Shown here: piece after piece, positions 31,205 to 42,374 of the stretch
Numbering within the stretch: position 1 is the stretch's first letter
Layout: each line of letters begins with the position of its first letter
Assembly (NCBI GenBank): GCA_014653835.1
Contig: JACWDY010000003.1
Span: 5,621 to 69,620, forward strand
From: Pelagibacterales bacterium SAG-MED28
Lineage (GTDB): Bacteria; Pseudomonadota; Alphaproteobacteria; Pelagibacterales; Pelagibacteraceae
DNA: 64,000 nt
Direction of reading: 5' to 3'
Made by a program: the position numbers and the translations under genes
Notes under the pieces: generated by a model
The model's input: the letters and a program-made list of their open reading frames with translations, nothing else
Told to the model about the DNA's origin: nothing
Databases searched by the model: none

Positions 31205-32260
31205 TTATCTATCACTCACAACAAATTGAACACCAAGCCATCTCCAAAAACCACTTGGATCTCTAAGAGAACAATTAATTCTTCCTCTTTCACCAACAAA
31301 TTTTTCATTAATATTAATTAATAACGTATCTGAATTTTCGAATTTAATATCGGATTGTCTCCATTTATCACCTTCATTTGAATAACAGCTTAAAGATTTT
31401 AAGTTTTTTATATTCCCATAAAATTCAATCTTTACTTTAGGTGGGTTTTTGTTCTGCAAAAGATACTTCTCCTCAGGGTAAACATTTTTGTATTTAAATG
31501 GTAATGTTCTAGTTAGAGAATTAAATCTTTTAATTTCTCCGTATTTTTCATTAATCGGAAATCTAGGAAGTTCATAAAGATCCTTAGTTTCATCTATTAC
31601 TCCAGAGTGTTGACCAAAAGCATAATTGAAACCTAAAGATTTAATTATATTTTTAAATTCTAGACTATATTCTCCAAATGGATAAGAAAAAAATTTAGAA
31701 TTATTTCCTAATTCATTTTTGAATATTGATATTGATTTTTCTATATCACTTTTAATTACATCATAACTTTCATCGACCAGATATTCATGAGTGTGGCTAT
31801 GATTACCTATTTCTACAAAGTTCTCCCTTTTCAGCTCCCTAATTTGATCCCAGGTCATATAATTGCTAGAACCTACTTCACGTGTACTGACAAATAAAAT
31901 AAAAGGTATTTTTTCTTCCTTAAGTATTGGCCAGGCATTTTCGTAAAAAGAGGAAAATCCATCATCTATAGTTAATAAAACTTTTCTTTGATTTTTATTA
32001 TTTTTCAAATCTTGCTCAAAATTACTTGGATTTATGAAACTTATATTTTTTTCTATAATTATCCTTAAATGCTCTTTAAAATCTTTTAATTTAATATTAG
32101 TGGATGGGTATTTATTTTCTTCGAACCTATGATACATTAGAGAGATAATGCCAAAATCATCTATTTCTTGCATTGCTGAACTTGAATACAAATTGTTTTG
32201 AAAAGCTAAAATAGCTATAAACAGATTAATGATTAAAGATTTTTTAATTTTAAATTGCAT
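31205..32260 (-). CDS. Polysaccharide deacetylase (CE4/NodB-like)
   Basis: LMYHRF, LTIDDG, NHSHTH, FSYPFG, LPRF; likely start MQFKIKK with a signal peptide. Confidence 0.9.
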   Translation of the reverse strand: MQFKIKKSLIINLFIAILAFQNNLYSSSAMQEIDDFGIISLMYHRFEENKYPSTNIKLKDFKEHLRIIIEKNISFINPSNFEQDLKNNKNQRKVLLTIDDGFSSFYENAWPILKEEKIPFILFVSTREVGSSNYMTWDQIRELKRENFVEIGNHSHTHEYLVDESYDVIKSDIEKSISIFKNELGNNSKFFSYPFGEYSLEFKNIIKSLGFNYAFGQHSGVIDETKDLYELPRFPINEKYGEIKRFNSLTRTLPFKYKNVYPEEKYLLQNKNPPKVKIEFYGNIKNLKSLSCYSNEGDKWRQSDIKFENSDTLLININEKFVGERGRINCSLRDPSGFWRWLGVQFVVSDR

Positions 32261-32612
32261 AGGCGTTAATGATAAAATCGGTCTTAAATTTGATAACAAA
32301 TTTTATATTCACGATTTTGATCAAAAAGTTAATAAAAATGATCAATTAGTTTCAAGCATATTAAATCTAGTAAAAAAATACAAAGTAAATATTAGTGAAA
32401 ATTTTTCTATACTTGTTAATAGCGGTCCAGGTAGTTTTTCCTCTATCAGAGTTTCGTTGACTGTGGCAAAAGGAATAAAAATATCAAAAAAAATTAATTT
32501 GTACGGGTTTAAAAATTCAGATCTTGGTCAATTTAACCTTGCTAATATTGAACTATTAATCAAAAAAAATTTAATACAAAAAAATTTGATTAAACCCCTA
32601 TATTTAAGTTAA
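32229..32612 (+). CDS. tsaB: Shortened TsaB (t6A biosynthesis)
   Basis: VNSGPGSFSSIRV...AKG matches TsaB GPGSFTGxR; nifU-tsaB-fur-miaB synteny; only 127 aa. Confidence 0.75.
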   Translation: MIKDFLILNCIGVNDKIGLKFDNKFYIHDFDQKVNKNDQLVSSILNLVKKYKVNISENFSILVNSGPGSFSSIRVSLTVAKGIKISKKINLYGFKNSDLGQFNLANIELLIKKNLIQKNLIKPLYLS

Positions 32613-32621
32613 ATTAAAATA

Positions 32622-33041
32622 ATGAATCCAATAGAAGAAAAATGTCAACAAAAAGGGGTTAGACTTACCGACCAAAGAAAAACTATAGCTAAAGTTCTAT
32701 CTGAGTCTAAAGAAGTCTACGGATCTAAAGACCATCCAGACGTTGATGAGCTTCACAAGAGAGTCACTGCAATAGATGATAAAATTAGTATTGCAACTGT
32801 TTATAGGACCGTAAAACTTTTTGAAGAAGCCGGGATATTAGTAAAACATGATTTTAAAGCAGGAAAAGCGCGGTATGAAATCAATGACGACCATAATCAT
32901 CTTATCGATATCAATAGTGGAGAAATAGTTGAATTTGTTGATAAAGATATTGAGAAACTTCAATATGAAGTAGCAAAAAAATTAGGTTACAAATTAGTTG
33001 ATCATAAATTAGAACTTTACGGGTCAAAAATAAAGAAGTAA
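32622..33041 (+). CDS. fur: Fur/Mur-family metalloregulator
   Basis: DHPDVDEL, SIATVYRTVKLFEE, DHNHLID, DHKLELYG. Confidence 0.9.
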   Translation: MNPIEEKCQQKGVRLTDQRKTIAKVLSESKEVYGSKDHPDVDELHKRVTAIDDKISIATVYRTVKLFEEAGILVKHDFKAGKARYEINDDHNHLIDINSGEIVEFVDKDIEKLQYEVAKKLGYKLVDHKLELYGSKIKK

Positions 33042-33042
33042 C

Positions 33043-34377
33043 TTGAAAAAAAAAATTTTCATTAAAACTTTTGGCTGTCAAATGAATGAATACGATAGTA
33101 ATCGTATTTTAGATTTAACAAAAAAAATTAATTACACTCTTACGGACAATCTAAGCGAGACCGACTGTTATATTTTGAACACATGTCATATCAGAGAAAA
33201 AGCAACAGACAAGGTTTACCATGACATTGGTAGATTAAAAAAAGTGTTTAGAAATAAACTTAAGCCAATCGTGCTAGTAGCAGGCTGTGTGGCTCAAGCG
33301 GAAGGAGAAATTTTATTAAAAAAAGAAAAATATATTGATGCTGTTATTGGACCACAATCATATCATCTTATCAATGACACAATAGTAGAATTAGAAAAGA
33401 AATCAAAATCAATCAACTTAACAGAATTCGATGTCATAGAGAAATTTGATAGTTTAAACTCTTTAAAAAATTCTGGTAGTAAGATATCAGCTTTTTTAAC
33501 TATTCAAGAAGGATGTGATAAATTTTGTAAATTTTGTGTAGTTCCTTACACGCGAGGAGCAGAATTCTCACGATCTCTTAAAGAGTTAATATCAGAGGCA
33601 AGTCAACTTGTAGAAAATGGAGCAAAAGAAATTATTCTTCTAGGTCAAAATGTAAATGCTTATAATTTTGAAAAAAAAAGACTATCAGATTTAATTTTAG
33701 AAATTTCTAAAATAAAAAACTTAAAAAGAATTAGGTATACGACTTCACATCCCACAGATTTTACAAAAGATTTGATAGAAGCACATAAAAATTGCGAAAA
33801 ATTGATGCCCTTAATACATTTACCTGTTCAAAGCGGCTCAAATAAAATTTTACAAGAAATGAATAGAAAACATAGTGTAGAGGAATATCTAAAAGTCATA
33901 GAAAAAATAAAAAAGATGAAACCAAATATTGAATTTTCGAGTGATTTTATTATTGGTTATCCGGGCGAAACATATGAAGACTTTCAAAAAACAATTGAAC
34001 TAATGAATAATGTAAAATTTATTAATTCATATTCTTTTATATATAGTGCTAGACCAGGAACACCTGCATACCATTTGACTAGTATAAATCATGATGATGC
34101 AAAAAAAAGACTTGCGGATTTTCAAGATACCGCAGAAAGAATTAAAACAAAATATAGAAATAACTTAATTAATAAAATATCGACGGTTTTATTTGAGAAT
34201 AAAACAAAAAACGAAAATAAATATTTTGGTAGAGATGAATACTTTAACTCCGTAATAGTTGAAAGCAAAATAAACTTAATAGGAAAAATTAAAAATATTA
34301 AAATTTTAGATATTAATCAGAATACTTTATTTGGAGAAATTACATCAAATTTTAATCAAAATAATTATGCTGCATAA
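33043..34377 (+). CDS. miaB: tRNA methylthiotransferase MiaB
   Basis: TFGCQMNEYDS, NTCHIRE, CDKFCKFC radical-SAM motif, TRAM domain. Confidence 0.96.
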   Translation: MKKKIFIKTFGCQMNEYDSNRILDLTKKINYTLTDNLSETDCYILNTCHIREKATDKVYHDIGRLKKVFRNKLKPIVLVAGCVAQAEGEILLKKEKYIDAVIGPQSYHLINDTIVELEKKSKSINLTEFDVIEKFDSLNSLKNSGSKISAFLTIQEGCDKFCKFCVVPYTRGAEFSRSLKELISEASQLVENGAKEIILLGQNVNAYNFEKKRLSDLILEISKIKNLKRIRYTTSHPTDFTKDLIEAHKNCEKLMPLIHLPVQSGSNKILQEMNRKHSVEEYLKVIEKIKKMKPNIEFSSDFIIGYPGETYEDFQKTIELMNNVKFINSYSFIYSARPGTPAYHLTSINHDDAKKRLADFQDTAERIKTKYRNNLINKISTVLFENKTKNENKYFGRDEYFNSVIVESKINLIGKIKNIKILDINQNTLFGEITSNFNQNNYAA

Positions 34378-34381
34378 ATAG

Positions 34382-35386
34382 ATGTCTGAAATTACAAAAT
34401 TAGAACAAAATCTTATCATTAAAAAGATTGACTCTGAGACAGTAAATATTTCTATTAATAATAACGAAATGTTAATGGCTATTGTCGGACAATTCGACCA
34501 AAATTTAAAAAATCTATCTAAATTTAGCGATACAGATGTTTATTTTAGAGGTAACTCTATAACCTGTAAAGGAGATAAAGAAAATTTATCTATATTTTGT
34601 AATGCTATTAAATTTTTGATAAATAAATATTTTTTAACGAATATTATTGAAAAAGAAGATATACTTTTATCTGTGAAAAAAAATTTAGAGGTCGAGGATT
34701 CTAATGTTAAAAGTTTTAAGCAGTTAATTAAAACTCCAAAAAAATCAGTTATAGCAAGATCTGGAAAGCAATCAGAATATATTAAAGCCTTGAAAGAGAG
34801 TGATATCGTTATGTCACTTGGACCAGCTGGAACAGGAAAAAGTTTTTTAGCAGTTTCTGTAGCGGTAACTTTGTTAATGGAAAAAAAAATTGATAGAGTG
34901 ATTTTGTCAAGACCAGCGGTAGAGGCAGGAGAAAAATTAGGTTTTTTGCCAGGGGATATGAAAGAAAAAGTTGATCCATACTTAAGGCCTTTGTACGACG
35001 CATTGTATGAACTTTTTGGGGCAGATAAAATAGATAAAAAAATTGAAACAGGTGAAATTGAAATTGCTCCTCTAGCTTTCATGAGAGGAAGGACTTTAAA
35101 GAATTGTTTTGCAATTTTAGACGAAGCACAAAATGCAACAGAAACGCAAATAAAAATGTTTTTAACCAGAATAGGTGAGAATTCTAAACTTGTTGTAAAT
35201 GGCGATCCAAGTCAGGTAGATTTAATAAATAAATCGCACTCAGGTTTAATTAAATCAAGAAATATTCTTAAAGATCTTAATGAAATAAAGATAATCGAAT
35301 TTAGCCACATGGATGTAGTAAGACATCCGCTTGTTTCAAAAATCATTAGGGCTTACGAAAAAAAAAGCGCTGATGATAAAAATTAA
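34382..35386 (+). CDS. phoH: PhoH-family ATPase (YbeZ)
   Basis: GPAGTGKS, RPAVEAGEKLGFLPGD, MRGRT, DEAQN. Confidence 0.95.
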   Translation: MSEITKLEQNLIIKKIDSETVNISINNNEMLMAIVGQFDQNLKNLSKFSDTDVYFRGNSITCKGDKENLSIFCNAIKFLINKYFLTNIIEKEDILLSVKKNLEVEDSNVKSFKQLIKTPKKSVIARSGKQSEYIKALKESDIVMSLGPAGTGKSFLAVSVAVTLLMEKKIDRVILSRPAVEAGEKLGFLPGDMKEKVDPYLRPLYDALYELFGADKIDKKIETGEIEIAPLAFMRGRTLKNCFAILDEAQNATETQIKMFLTRIGENSKLVVNGDPSQVDLINKSHSGLIKSRNILKDLNEIKIIEFSHMDVVRHPLVSKIIRAYEKKSADDKN

Positions 35387-35840
35387 TGTAATAACAAACA
35401 ATATAAAGTGGTTTAGTTATATTAAAAATCCAAATAATTATCTCGATAGAAAACTTAATAAGTTAAACTTAAAAGACGAAATGTTTAGAAAAAAAAGCGT
35501 TTTTGGTACTTTGTTACTCTCTGATGATAATGAGATCAAATATCTTAACAGAAAATTTAGAAAAAAAAATACAACAACCGATGTATTATCTTTCCCTTTT
35601 CAAACAAAACCTGAACTTAAAAAAAAACTCAAAAAAGAAAAAGAGATCTATCTAGGAGATATAATTATAAATTTGAGTAAAATTAAGAATAAAAAAAGAT
35701 TAAAAAATTTTAAATTTGAATTTGATCGTTTATGGATACATGGATTAGTCCACTTACTTGGACATGATCATAAAAAAGATAAAGATTTTTTGAAAATGAT
35801 TAGGATTGAGAAAAAATATTTTGAAACTGTAAATGTTTGA
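35373..35840 (+). CDS. ybeY: rRNA maturation endoribonuclease YbeY
   Basis: LNRKFR, TDVLSFP, LGDI, HGLVHLLGHDH; start re-called at MIKIN. Confidence 0.95.
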   Translation: MIKINVITNNIKWFSYIKNPNNYLDRKLNKLNLKDEMFRKKSVFGTLLLSDDNEIKYLNRKFRKKNTTTDVLSFPFQTKPELKKKLKKEKEIYLGDIIINLSKIKNKKRLKNFKFEFDRLWIHGLVHLLGHDHKKDKDFLKMIRIEKKYFETVNV

Positions 35841-37392
35841 AAAATATTTTAATAATCGTTTTTTAATAATATATCTTTTACCTTTTATTCTTGGTTCATT
35901 GACAGTTTTATCTTTTCATCCTTTTAATTTCACAATCATCAATTTAATAATATTTCCTCTTTTTTTTTATTTAATCTTTTTTATTAATAAAAAATCTAAA
36001 TCTGTTTATCGAAAAAAACCTCTTCAAAAAAATTTATTTATATTTGGTTTATTTTTTGGTTTTGGTTTTTACTTAAGTGGAATATCTTGGATTACAAATT
36101 CACTCACATTTGATGATAATTTTAAAGTTTTAATACCTTTTGCTTTTGTATTAATACCACTATTTTTAAGTTTATTTATAGCGTTTCCAGTTTTACTTAT
36201 TGGCCCACATCTAAATTTTAATTTTCCTTCACTGCTTATTTTTTCAGGAACTTTAGCTTTTTCTGATTACTTAAGGGCAAATATACTTAGCGGGTTTCCT
36301 TGGAATCTTTGGGCTTACAGCAGCGTTTGGTTAAATGAAATTATTCAGGTAGTGAATTTGATAGGATTATATTCTTACAATTTGATTTTGATAACAATTT
36401 TTACCTTACCGGTCATTATTTTTTTTAGAATAAGCACAACAAAAAAAATAGTTAACTTAATATTAGGAAGCTTTGTTATTTTAAGTTTATTTATTTTTGG
36501 TAATTACGAAACTAATAAAAATTTGAAAAATTTAGGAGAAGTTAATGATAAAATATTTGTAAAAATTATATCTCCTAATTTTGATTTAAAATATGGTTTA
36601 ACAGAAGAGGAAATTGAAGAGAGACTTAAAAAATTAATTAGATATAGTAATCCAAGTAAAGATAAGAAAACTCTTTTCATTTGGCCAGAGGGTGTTTTTA
36701 GCGGTTACAGCTATGAAGATGTTTTTATTTTCAATGAAATGATTTTAAAAAATTTTTCAAAAAAACACACTATAATTTTTGGCATAAATCAATTAGATCC
36801 AAAGTCAGGTAAATTTTATAATAGTATGCTAGCAGTAGATAACAATTTTAAGGTAATTCAAAATTATAATAAAAGAAAGCTTGTTCCATTTGGAGAGTTT
36901 CTTCCGTTTGAAAATTTTCTAAATAATTTTGGCTTTAAGAAAATTACAGAAGGTCATGGTTCTTTTTTAAGAGGTAAGAAAAATAATAATATTTTTATCG
37001 ATAATATAAATTTTCTACCTTTAATTTGTTATGAAATTATTTTCACAGACTTAATTAAAAAATCCAAAATAGAAACCAATCTTATTATAAATATTTCAGA
37101 GGATGGATGGTTTGGAAACACAATAGGTCCAGATCAACATTTTGCAAAATCAATTTTTAGAGCTATTGAGAGTAATACTTTTTTGCTTAGATCAGCTAAC
37201 AAAGGGACAAGCGCAATAATTGACAATAAAGGGAAAATAGTCAAACGATTGAATAGAAATGAAGCTGGAAGAATAGAGTTTGATGTTCCGTTAATAAAAT
37301 CAAAAAAAGTCAAAAATGATTTGATCTTTTTTGTACTTTTAATTACATATCTTTTAATTTATCTAATTTACAAAAAAAAAAATGCAAAATAA
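35833..37392 (+). CDS. lnt: Apolipoprotein N-acyltransferase
   Basis: [29 protein letters not shown]. Confidence 0.95.
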   Translation: MFEKYFNNRFLIIYLLPFILGSLTVLSFHPFNFTIINLIIFPLFFYLIFFINKKSKSVYRKKPLQKNLFIFGLFFGFGFYLSGISWITNSLTFDDNFKVLIPFAFVLIPLFLSLFIAFPVLLIGPHLNFNFPSLLIFSGTLAFSDYLRANILSGFPWNLWAYSSVWLNEIIQVVNLIGLYSYNLILITIFTLPVIIFFRISTTKKIVNLILGSFVILSLFIFGNYETNKNLKNLGEVNDKIFVKIISPNFDLKYGLTEEEIEERLKKLIRYSNPSKDKKTLFIWPEGVFSGYSYEDVFIFNEMILKNFSKKHTIIFGINQLDPKSGKFYNSMLAVDNNFKVIQNYNKRKLVPFGEFLPFENFLNNFGFKKITEGHGSFLRGKKNNNIFIDNINFLPLICYEIIFTDLIKKSKIETNLIINISEDGWFGNTIGPDQHFAKSIFRAIESNTFLLRSANKGTSAIIDNKGKIVKRLNRNEAGRIEFDVPLIKSKKVKNDLIFFVLLITYLLIYLIYKKKNAK

Positions 37393-38545
37393 TAAATATT
37401 TATTCACGAGTGAGTCAGTTTCGGAGGGCCATCCAGACAAAGTCTGTGATAGAATCTCAGATATGGTCGTAGACACTTATCTATCGAAAGATCCAGTTTC
37501 TCGAGTTGCTTGTGAAACATTAACTACAACTAATAAAGTAGTTTTAGCAGGAGAAACTAGAGGTCCCAAGATCAACAAAGAGGAGTTAATCTCTAAAGTA
37601 AAAGACTGCATTAAAGATATTGGTTATGATCAAGAGGGATTTAGTTGGAAAACTGCAAATATTGAGACTCACCTACATGAACAATCAACAGATATAGCAA
37701 TGGGTGTAGACTCTAAGAATAATAAAGACGAAGGAGCAGGTGATCAGGGCATAATGTTTGGATATGCTTGTAAAGAAACTGATGAACTTATGCCAGCACC
37801 AATTCACTATTCTCATAAAATATTAAGATTAATGGCAGAAGATAGAAAAAGTGGAAGTTTAAAAGGAATTGAACCTGACTCTAAAAGTCAAGTTACGATG
37901 CAATATGAAAATGATAAACCTATTCAGGTTACTTCTGTGGTAATTTCAACCCAACATTCTAAAGACTTAAATCAAGAAAAAGTAAGAGAGGCAATAATTC
38001 CATATATTAAAAAATCAATACCACAAAACTTATTGAAAAATCTTGATCCTAAAGAAATTTACATAAATCCAACTGGACAATTTATAATTGGTGGGCCAGA
38101 TGGCGATACAGGTTTGACAGGAAGAAAAATTATTGTGGATACTTATGGAGGTGCTGCTCCGCATGGAGGTGGAGCATTTTCAGGAAAAGATCCTACAAAA
38201 GTAGATAGATCAGCAGCTTATGTAGCAAGATACTTAGCAAAAAATATTGTTGCAGCAGGTGTGTCCGAAAAATGCTTAATTCAGCTAGCATACGCAATAG
38301 GTGTATCTAAACCTTTATCAATATTTATCAAACTTGCTAATGGAGATGACTTAAAAGTTGATAAAGTAAAAAAGATAATTGAGGACAATTTTAATTTATC
38401 ACCAAGAGGTATTAGAGAAATATTGGGTTTAAACAATCCAATATATGAAATTACCTCCTCCTACGGTCACTTTGGTAGAAAACCTACTAATCAAGGGCAA
38501 TTTACATGGGAAAAGACTGATAAAACTGATTTATTTAAACTGTAA
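37382..38545 (+). CDS. metK: S-adenosylmethionine synthetase
   Basis: [28 protein letters not shown]. Confidence 0.98.
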   Translation: MQNNKYLFTSESVSEGHPDKVCDRISDMVVDTYLSKDPVSRVACETLTTTNKVVLAGETRGPKINKEELISKVKDCIKDIGYDQEGFSWKTANIETHLHEQSTDIAMGVDSKNNKDEGAGDQGIMFGYACKETDELMPAPIHYSHKILRLMAEDRKSGSLKGIEPDSKSQVTMQYENDKPIQVTSVVISTQHSKDLNQEKVREAIIPYIKKSIPQNLLKNLDPKEIYINPTGQFIIGGPDGDTGLTGRKIIVDTYGGAAPHGGGAFSGKDPTKVDRSAAYVARYLAKNIVAAGVSEKCLIQLAYAIGVSKPLSIFIKLANGDDLKVDKVKKIIEDNFNLSPRGIREILGLNNPIYEITSSYGHFGRKPTNQGQFTWEKTDKTDLFKL

Positions 38546-38600
38546 TCTTGAAATAAACATAATTTTATTTTAAAAAACAAATAAAGAATTGAATTATCAG

Positions 38601-38625
38601 AATGGGCATATGCCCATTTTTTTTT
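38601..38625 (+). terminator. Hairpin plus U-tract before nusA (metK terminator or rimP-leader-like attenuator)
   Basis: AATGGGC-ATAT-GCCCATT followed by a T run, 13 nt before the nusA ATG. Confidence 0.8.
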
Positions 38626-38638
38626 ATGAGCGATAAAA

Positions 38639-40189
38639 ATGTTAAATAGAGGATTAGATAAACAAGAACTTTTGAGGATAGTTGAAGCAGTAGCTAACGA
38701 AAAATCAATTGATAAAGAACTAGTAATTAGTTCTATGGAAAGCGCTATTCAGAAGGCAGCGCTCACTAAATTTGGAAATGACAATAACATTGAAGTTATT
38801 ATAAGTAGAGAAAGTGGAGATATTAAAATTCAAAAGGTTTTAGATGTCGTTGAAAAAGTTGAAGATTTTGCAAGGCAAATTACTCTTGAAGATGCAAAAA
38901 AAAGTGATCCTAAAAATAAAGATCTAAAGGTTGGTGAAAAAATTTTTGAAGAATTGCCTCAGATAGATTTTGGTCGGATTGCTGCGCAGAGTGCTAAACA
39001 GGTTATCAGTAGTAGAGTCAGAGAAGCAGAAAAAAATAGACAATACGAGGACTTTATAGACAAACAAGAACACATATTAAGTGGAATTATAAAAAGGTTA
39101 GAATATGGTAACGTGATAGTAGATTTAGGTAAAGCAGAAGGCGTAATAAAAAAAGATGAATTAATACCAAGAGAAATTTTAAAAACAGGAGACCGTGTAA
39201 AAGCTTATTGTTATGAGGTAAAAAAAGAATTAAAAGGACATCAAATATTTTTATCAAGAGCTCATCCACAATTTCTTGCAAAATTATTTTTCCAAGAAGT
39301 GCCAGAAATTTATGAAGGAACAATTGAAATTAAGTCAGTAGCACGAGATCCAGGAAGTAGAGCTAAAATTTGTGTACACTCCCAAGACTCTTCTATCGAT
39401 CCTGTCGGTGCGTGTGTTGGTATGAGAGGAAGTAGAGTTCAAACTATAGTAAATGAATTACATGGAGAAAAAATTGATATTATTAAATGGACAGAAGATC
39501 TTCCAACATTAATCTCAGAATCTCTTTCCCCTGCAGAAATACAAAGAGTATTAATAGATCAGGAAAACAAAAGAATTGATATAATTTTAACTGAAGAAAA
39601 TTTAAGTAAAGCGATCGGTAGAAGAGGGCAAAATGTAAGATTAGCTTCTAAATTAACAAATTATGAAATAGACATACTTACAGACAAAGAGGACTCAGAA
39701 AGAAGGCAAGCAGAATTTAAAGAACGAACCGAGACACTAATTAAAAATTTAGAGGTTGACGAAACTTTAGGGCAATTATTAGTGTCAGAAGGATTTACTT
39801 CTATAGACGAAATAGCCCAAACAAATCCTGAAAATATTTCAAAGATAGATGCTATAGATGAAGAAACTGCAAGTGAATTAATTAATAGATCTAAAGAAAC
39901 GTTAATTAAAGAAAAAGAAGCTGTTGCATTAAAATTGAAAGAGCTAGGAGTAGAAGAGGAGTTGATCACTCTCAAAGGAATGACTCAAGGTATGCTTGTA
40001 ATACTTGGACAAAAAAATATTAAAAAACTTAGTGATTTCGCTGATTTATCTTCCGATGAGCTCATTGGTGGATTTGATGAAATTAAAGGAAAAAAAATTA
40101 GGATCGATGGTTATCTTGAGGAATTTTCTCTTTCAAGAAAAGAAGCTGATGAATTAATTATGGCAGCTAGAGAGATTGCGTACAAGTAA
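38639..40189 (+). CDS. nusA: Transcription factor NusA
   Basis: FGRIAAQSAKQ, ARDPGSRAK, ACVGMRGSR, AIGRRGQN. Confidence 0.98.
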   Translation: MLNRGLDKQELLRIVEAVANEKSIDKELVISSMESAIQKAALTKFGNDNNIEVIISRESGDIKIQKVLDVVEKVEDFARQITLEDAKKSDPKNKDLKVGEKIFEELPQIDFGRIAAQSAKQVISSRVREAEKNRQYEDFIDKQEHILSGIIKRLEYGNVIVDLGKAEGVIKKDELIPREILKTGDRVKAYCYEVKKELKGHQIFLSRAHPQFLAKLFFQEVPEIYEGTIEIKSVARDPGSRAKICVHSQDSSIDPVGACVGMRGSRVQTIVNELHGEKIDIIKWTEDLPTLISESLSPAEIQRVLIDQENKRIDIILTEENLSKAIGRRGQNVRLASKLTNYEIDILTDKEDSERRQAEFKERTETLIKNLEVDETLGQLLVSEGFTSIDEIAQTNPENISKIDAIDEETASELINRSKETLIKEKEAVALKLKELGVEEELITLKGMTQGMLVILGQKNIKKLSDFADLSSDELIGGFDEIKGKKIRIDGYLEEFSLSRKEADELIMAAREIAYK

Positions 40190-40193
40190 TGTT

Positions 40194-42374
40194 ATGGATA
40201 AAAATAATAAAAAAACACTTACAATTTCATCAAACTTAAAAAAGAAAATTGATACAAGCTCTATAAATCCTGACGGAAAAAAATCTTTTGCTGTAAAAAA
40301 AAAAGAGCCATTTAAAGGAAATAAAAACAATAATAGAACTGTTCTAAATAATAACTCAGCTAAAAATCCCGACCTTAAAAAGAAAAATTTTGCAAGAAAG
40401 TTTATAGAGCAGCAAGCCACTAAAGATTTTATAAAAAAAGATGATAAACCCACTGGAAAAAGTAAATTAAAACTAAAAGGTCCTATAGATAAAAGAGATT
40501 TTAAACTAACAGTTTCAAGAGCCTTGAATGTTGAAGAAATAGAAATTAAGCAGAGAAGTCTAGCTTCTGTTAAAAGAGCAAGATTAAAAGATAAAAAAAA
40601 TATCCTAGATGGAGAGAAAAAAGAATTTAAAAAAGTTTTACGAGATGTAAAAATTCCTGAACAAATAACTATTCAAGAGCTATCCAACAGAATGGCTGAA
40701 AAATCTAATGATGTTATTAAATTTCTTTTAAATATGAAGGTTGTAGCAACAATTAACCACGTAATAGACAAAGATACCGCTGAATATATAGTTAAAGAAT
40801 TTGGTCATACACCCATTTTTGAGGATGAACCAAATTTAGAGACGAACAAAAAAGAGGAAAAATTAAAGGGTGATATTCAAACGCGGCCTCCGGTAGTCAC
40901 AATAATGGGACACGTAGACCATGGTAAAACCTCTTTACTTGACGCATTCAGAGACACGAATGTTGTTTCTGGAGAACATGGAGGAATTACTCAACATATT
41001 GGAGCTTATCAAGTCAAGACAAGTGATAATAAATTAATTACTTTTATAGATACACCTGGTCACGCAGCTTTTACTGAAATGAGGGCTCGTGGTTCAAAAA
41101 TAACAGATATAGTTATATTAGTTGTTGCAGCAGATGACGGAATTAAACCTCAAACAGTTGAAGCCATTAAGCATGCTAAAGCAGCTAACGTACCCATTAT
41201 AGTTGCAATAAACAAATGTGACCTTCCTGAAAAAAATATAAGTAAAATTAAAAACGAAATGATGCAATATGAATTAATAGCAGAGGATTTAAGTGGCGAT
41301 ACTCTTTTTGTAGAAGTTTCAGCTATAAAAAAAATTAATCTTGATAAATTGAAAGAAAGCATTTTATTACAAGCAGACATACTGGACTTAAAAGCATCTT
41401 TTTCTGATCAAGCAAGAGGAGTAGTTATAGAGTCTAAAATAGATAAGGGCAAAGGACCTGTTTCTACAATTTTAGTAAGCAACGGAAAACTTAAACGAGG
41501 AGATTATTTTATTTGCGGTAATACTTGGGGCAAAATAAGAGCTATGATTAATTATGATGGAAAAACAATAAATGAAGCTCTCCCTTCAACGCCTGTCGAA
41601 ATTTTGGGAATGAACAATTCAGCTTATGCTGGTGCCGAATTTATTGTTACAAAAGACGAAAGTGAAGCAAAAAAAATGTCAGAATTTAAACAAATAAATT
41701 CTGACAAAAGCAAAATTTTGGTTAAAGATAAAACAACTTTATTTGAGAATGCAAAGAATAAAGATGAATTAAATATAATTATTAAATCTGATGTTCAAGG
41801 TTCAAGCGAAGCATTAAAAATGGCAATAGATAAAATTGAACACAATGAAGTTGAAGCAAAGATTATTCTCTCAGATATAGGAATGATAAATGAAACAGAC
41901 GTATCTCTTGCAAAAGCATCAAATGCTATATTGATAGGTTTTAATGTAAAGCCAAATAGAGAGGCAAAAAAACTAGCTGAAGAACAAAAAATAGAAATAA
42001 GATATTTCAATATTATTTATGAAGCACTTAATCATGTTTCAAAATCTTTATCTGGTCTTTTAGAACCAGATATAAAAGAAACAATTCTTGGAAGCGCAGA
42101 AATTCAAAAGATTTTTTCTGTCTCTACCGCTGGAAAAATTGCTGGATCTAAAGTGATAAATGGTGAAATAAAAAGTAAATCAAAGGCAAGAATTATTAGA
42201 GATGGTGTTGTGGTTTACACAGGTGAAATTGTGACAATTTTTAGAGAAAAAAATCAAGTAAAGGAAGTGGGCACAGGCTTAGAATGTGGAATTAGTATAA
42301 AAGATTTTATAGACTTCAAAGAGAAAGATGTAATAGAATCTTATTTAGCCGAGGAAGTAATGAGAACAATTTAA
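40194..42374 (+). CDS. infB: Translation initiation factor IF-2
   Basis: RPPVVTIMGHVDHGKT, DTPGH, NKCD; start re-called at MDKNN. Confidence 0.98.
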   Translation: MDKNNKKTLTISSNLKKKIDTSSINPDGKKSFAVKKKEPFKGNKNNNRTVLNNNSAKNPDLKKKNFARKFIEQQATKDFIKKDDKPTGKSKLKLKGPIDKRDFKLTVSRALNVEEIEIKQRSLASVKRARLKDKKNILDGEKKEFKKVLRDVKIPEQITIQELSNRMAEKSNDVIKFLLNMKVVATINHVIDKDTAEYIVKEFGHTPIFEDEPNLETNKKEEKLKGDIQTRPPVVTIMGHVDHGKTSLLDAFRDTNVVSGEHGGITQHIGAYQVKTSDNKLITFIDTPGHAAFTEMRARGSKITDIVILVVAADDGIKPQTVEAIKHAKAANVPIIVAINKCDLPEKNISKIKNEMMQYELIAEDLSGDTLFVEVSAIKKINLDKLKESILLQADILDLKASFSDQARGVVIESKIDKGKGPVSTILVSNGKLKRGDYFICGNTWGKIRAMINYDGKTINEALPSTPVEILGMNNSAYAGAEFIVTKDESEAKKMSEFKQINSDKSKILVKDKTTLFENAKNKDELNIIIKSDVQGSSEALKMAIDKIEHNEVEAKIILSDIGMINETDVSLAKASNAILIGFNVKPNREAKKLAEEQKIEIRYFNIIYEALNHVSKSLSGLLEPDIKETILGSAEIQKIFSVSTAGKIAGSKVINGEIKSKSKARIIRDGVVVYTGEIVTIFREKNQVKEVGTGLECGISIKDFIDFKEKDVIESYLAEEVMRTI

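Noticed and set aside
37300-37382. SAM riboswitch before metK
   Set aside because: metK overlaps lnt, leaving no leader space, and I saw no recognisable motif.
38626-38649. Short ORF MSDKNVK overlapping the nusA start
   Set aside because: Seven codons with no RBS; expected by chance.
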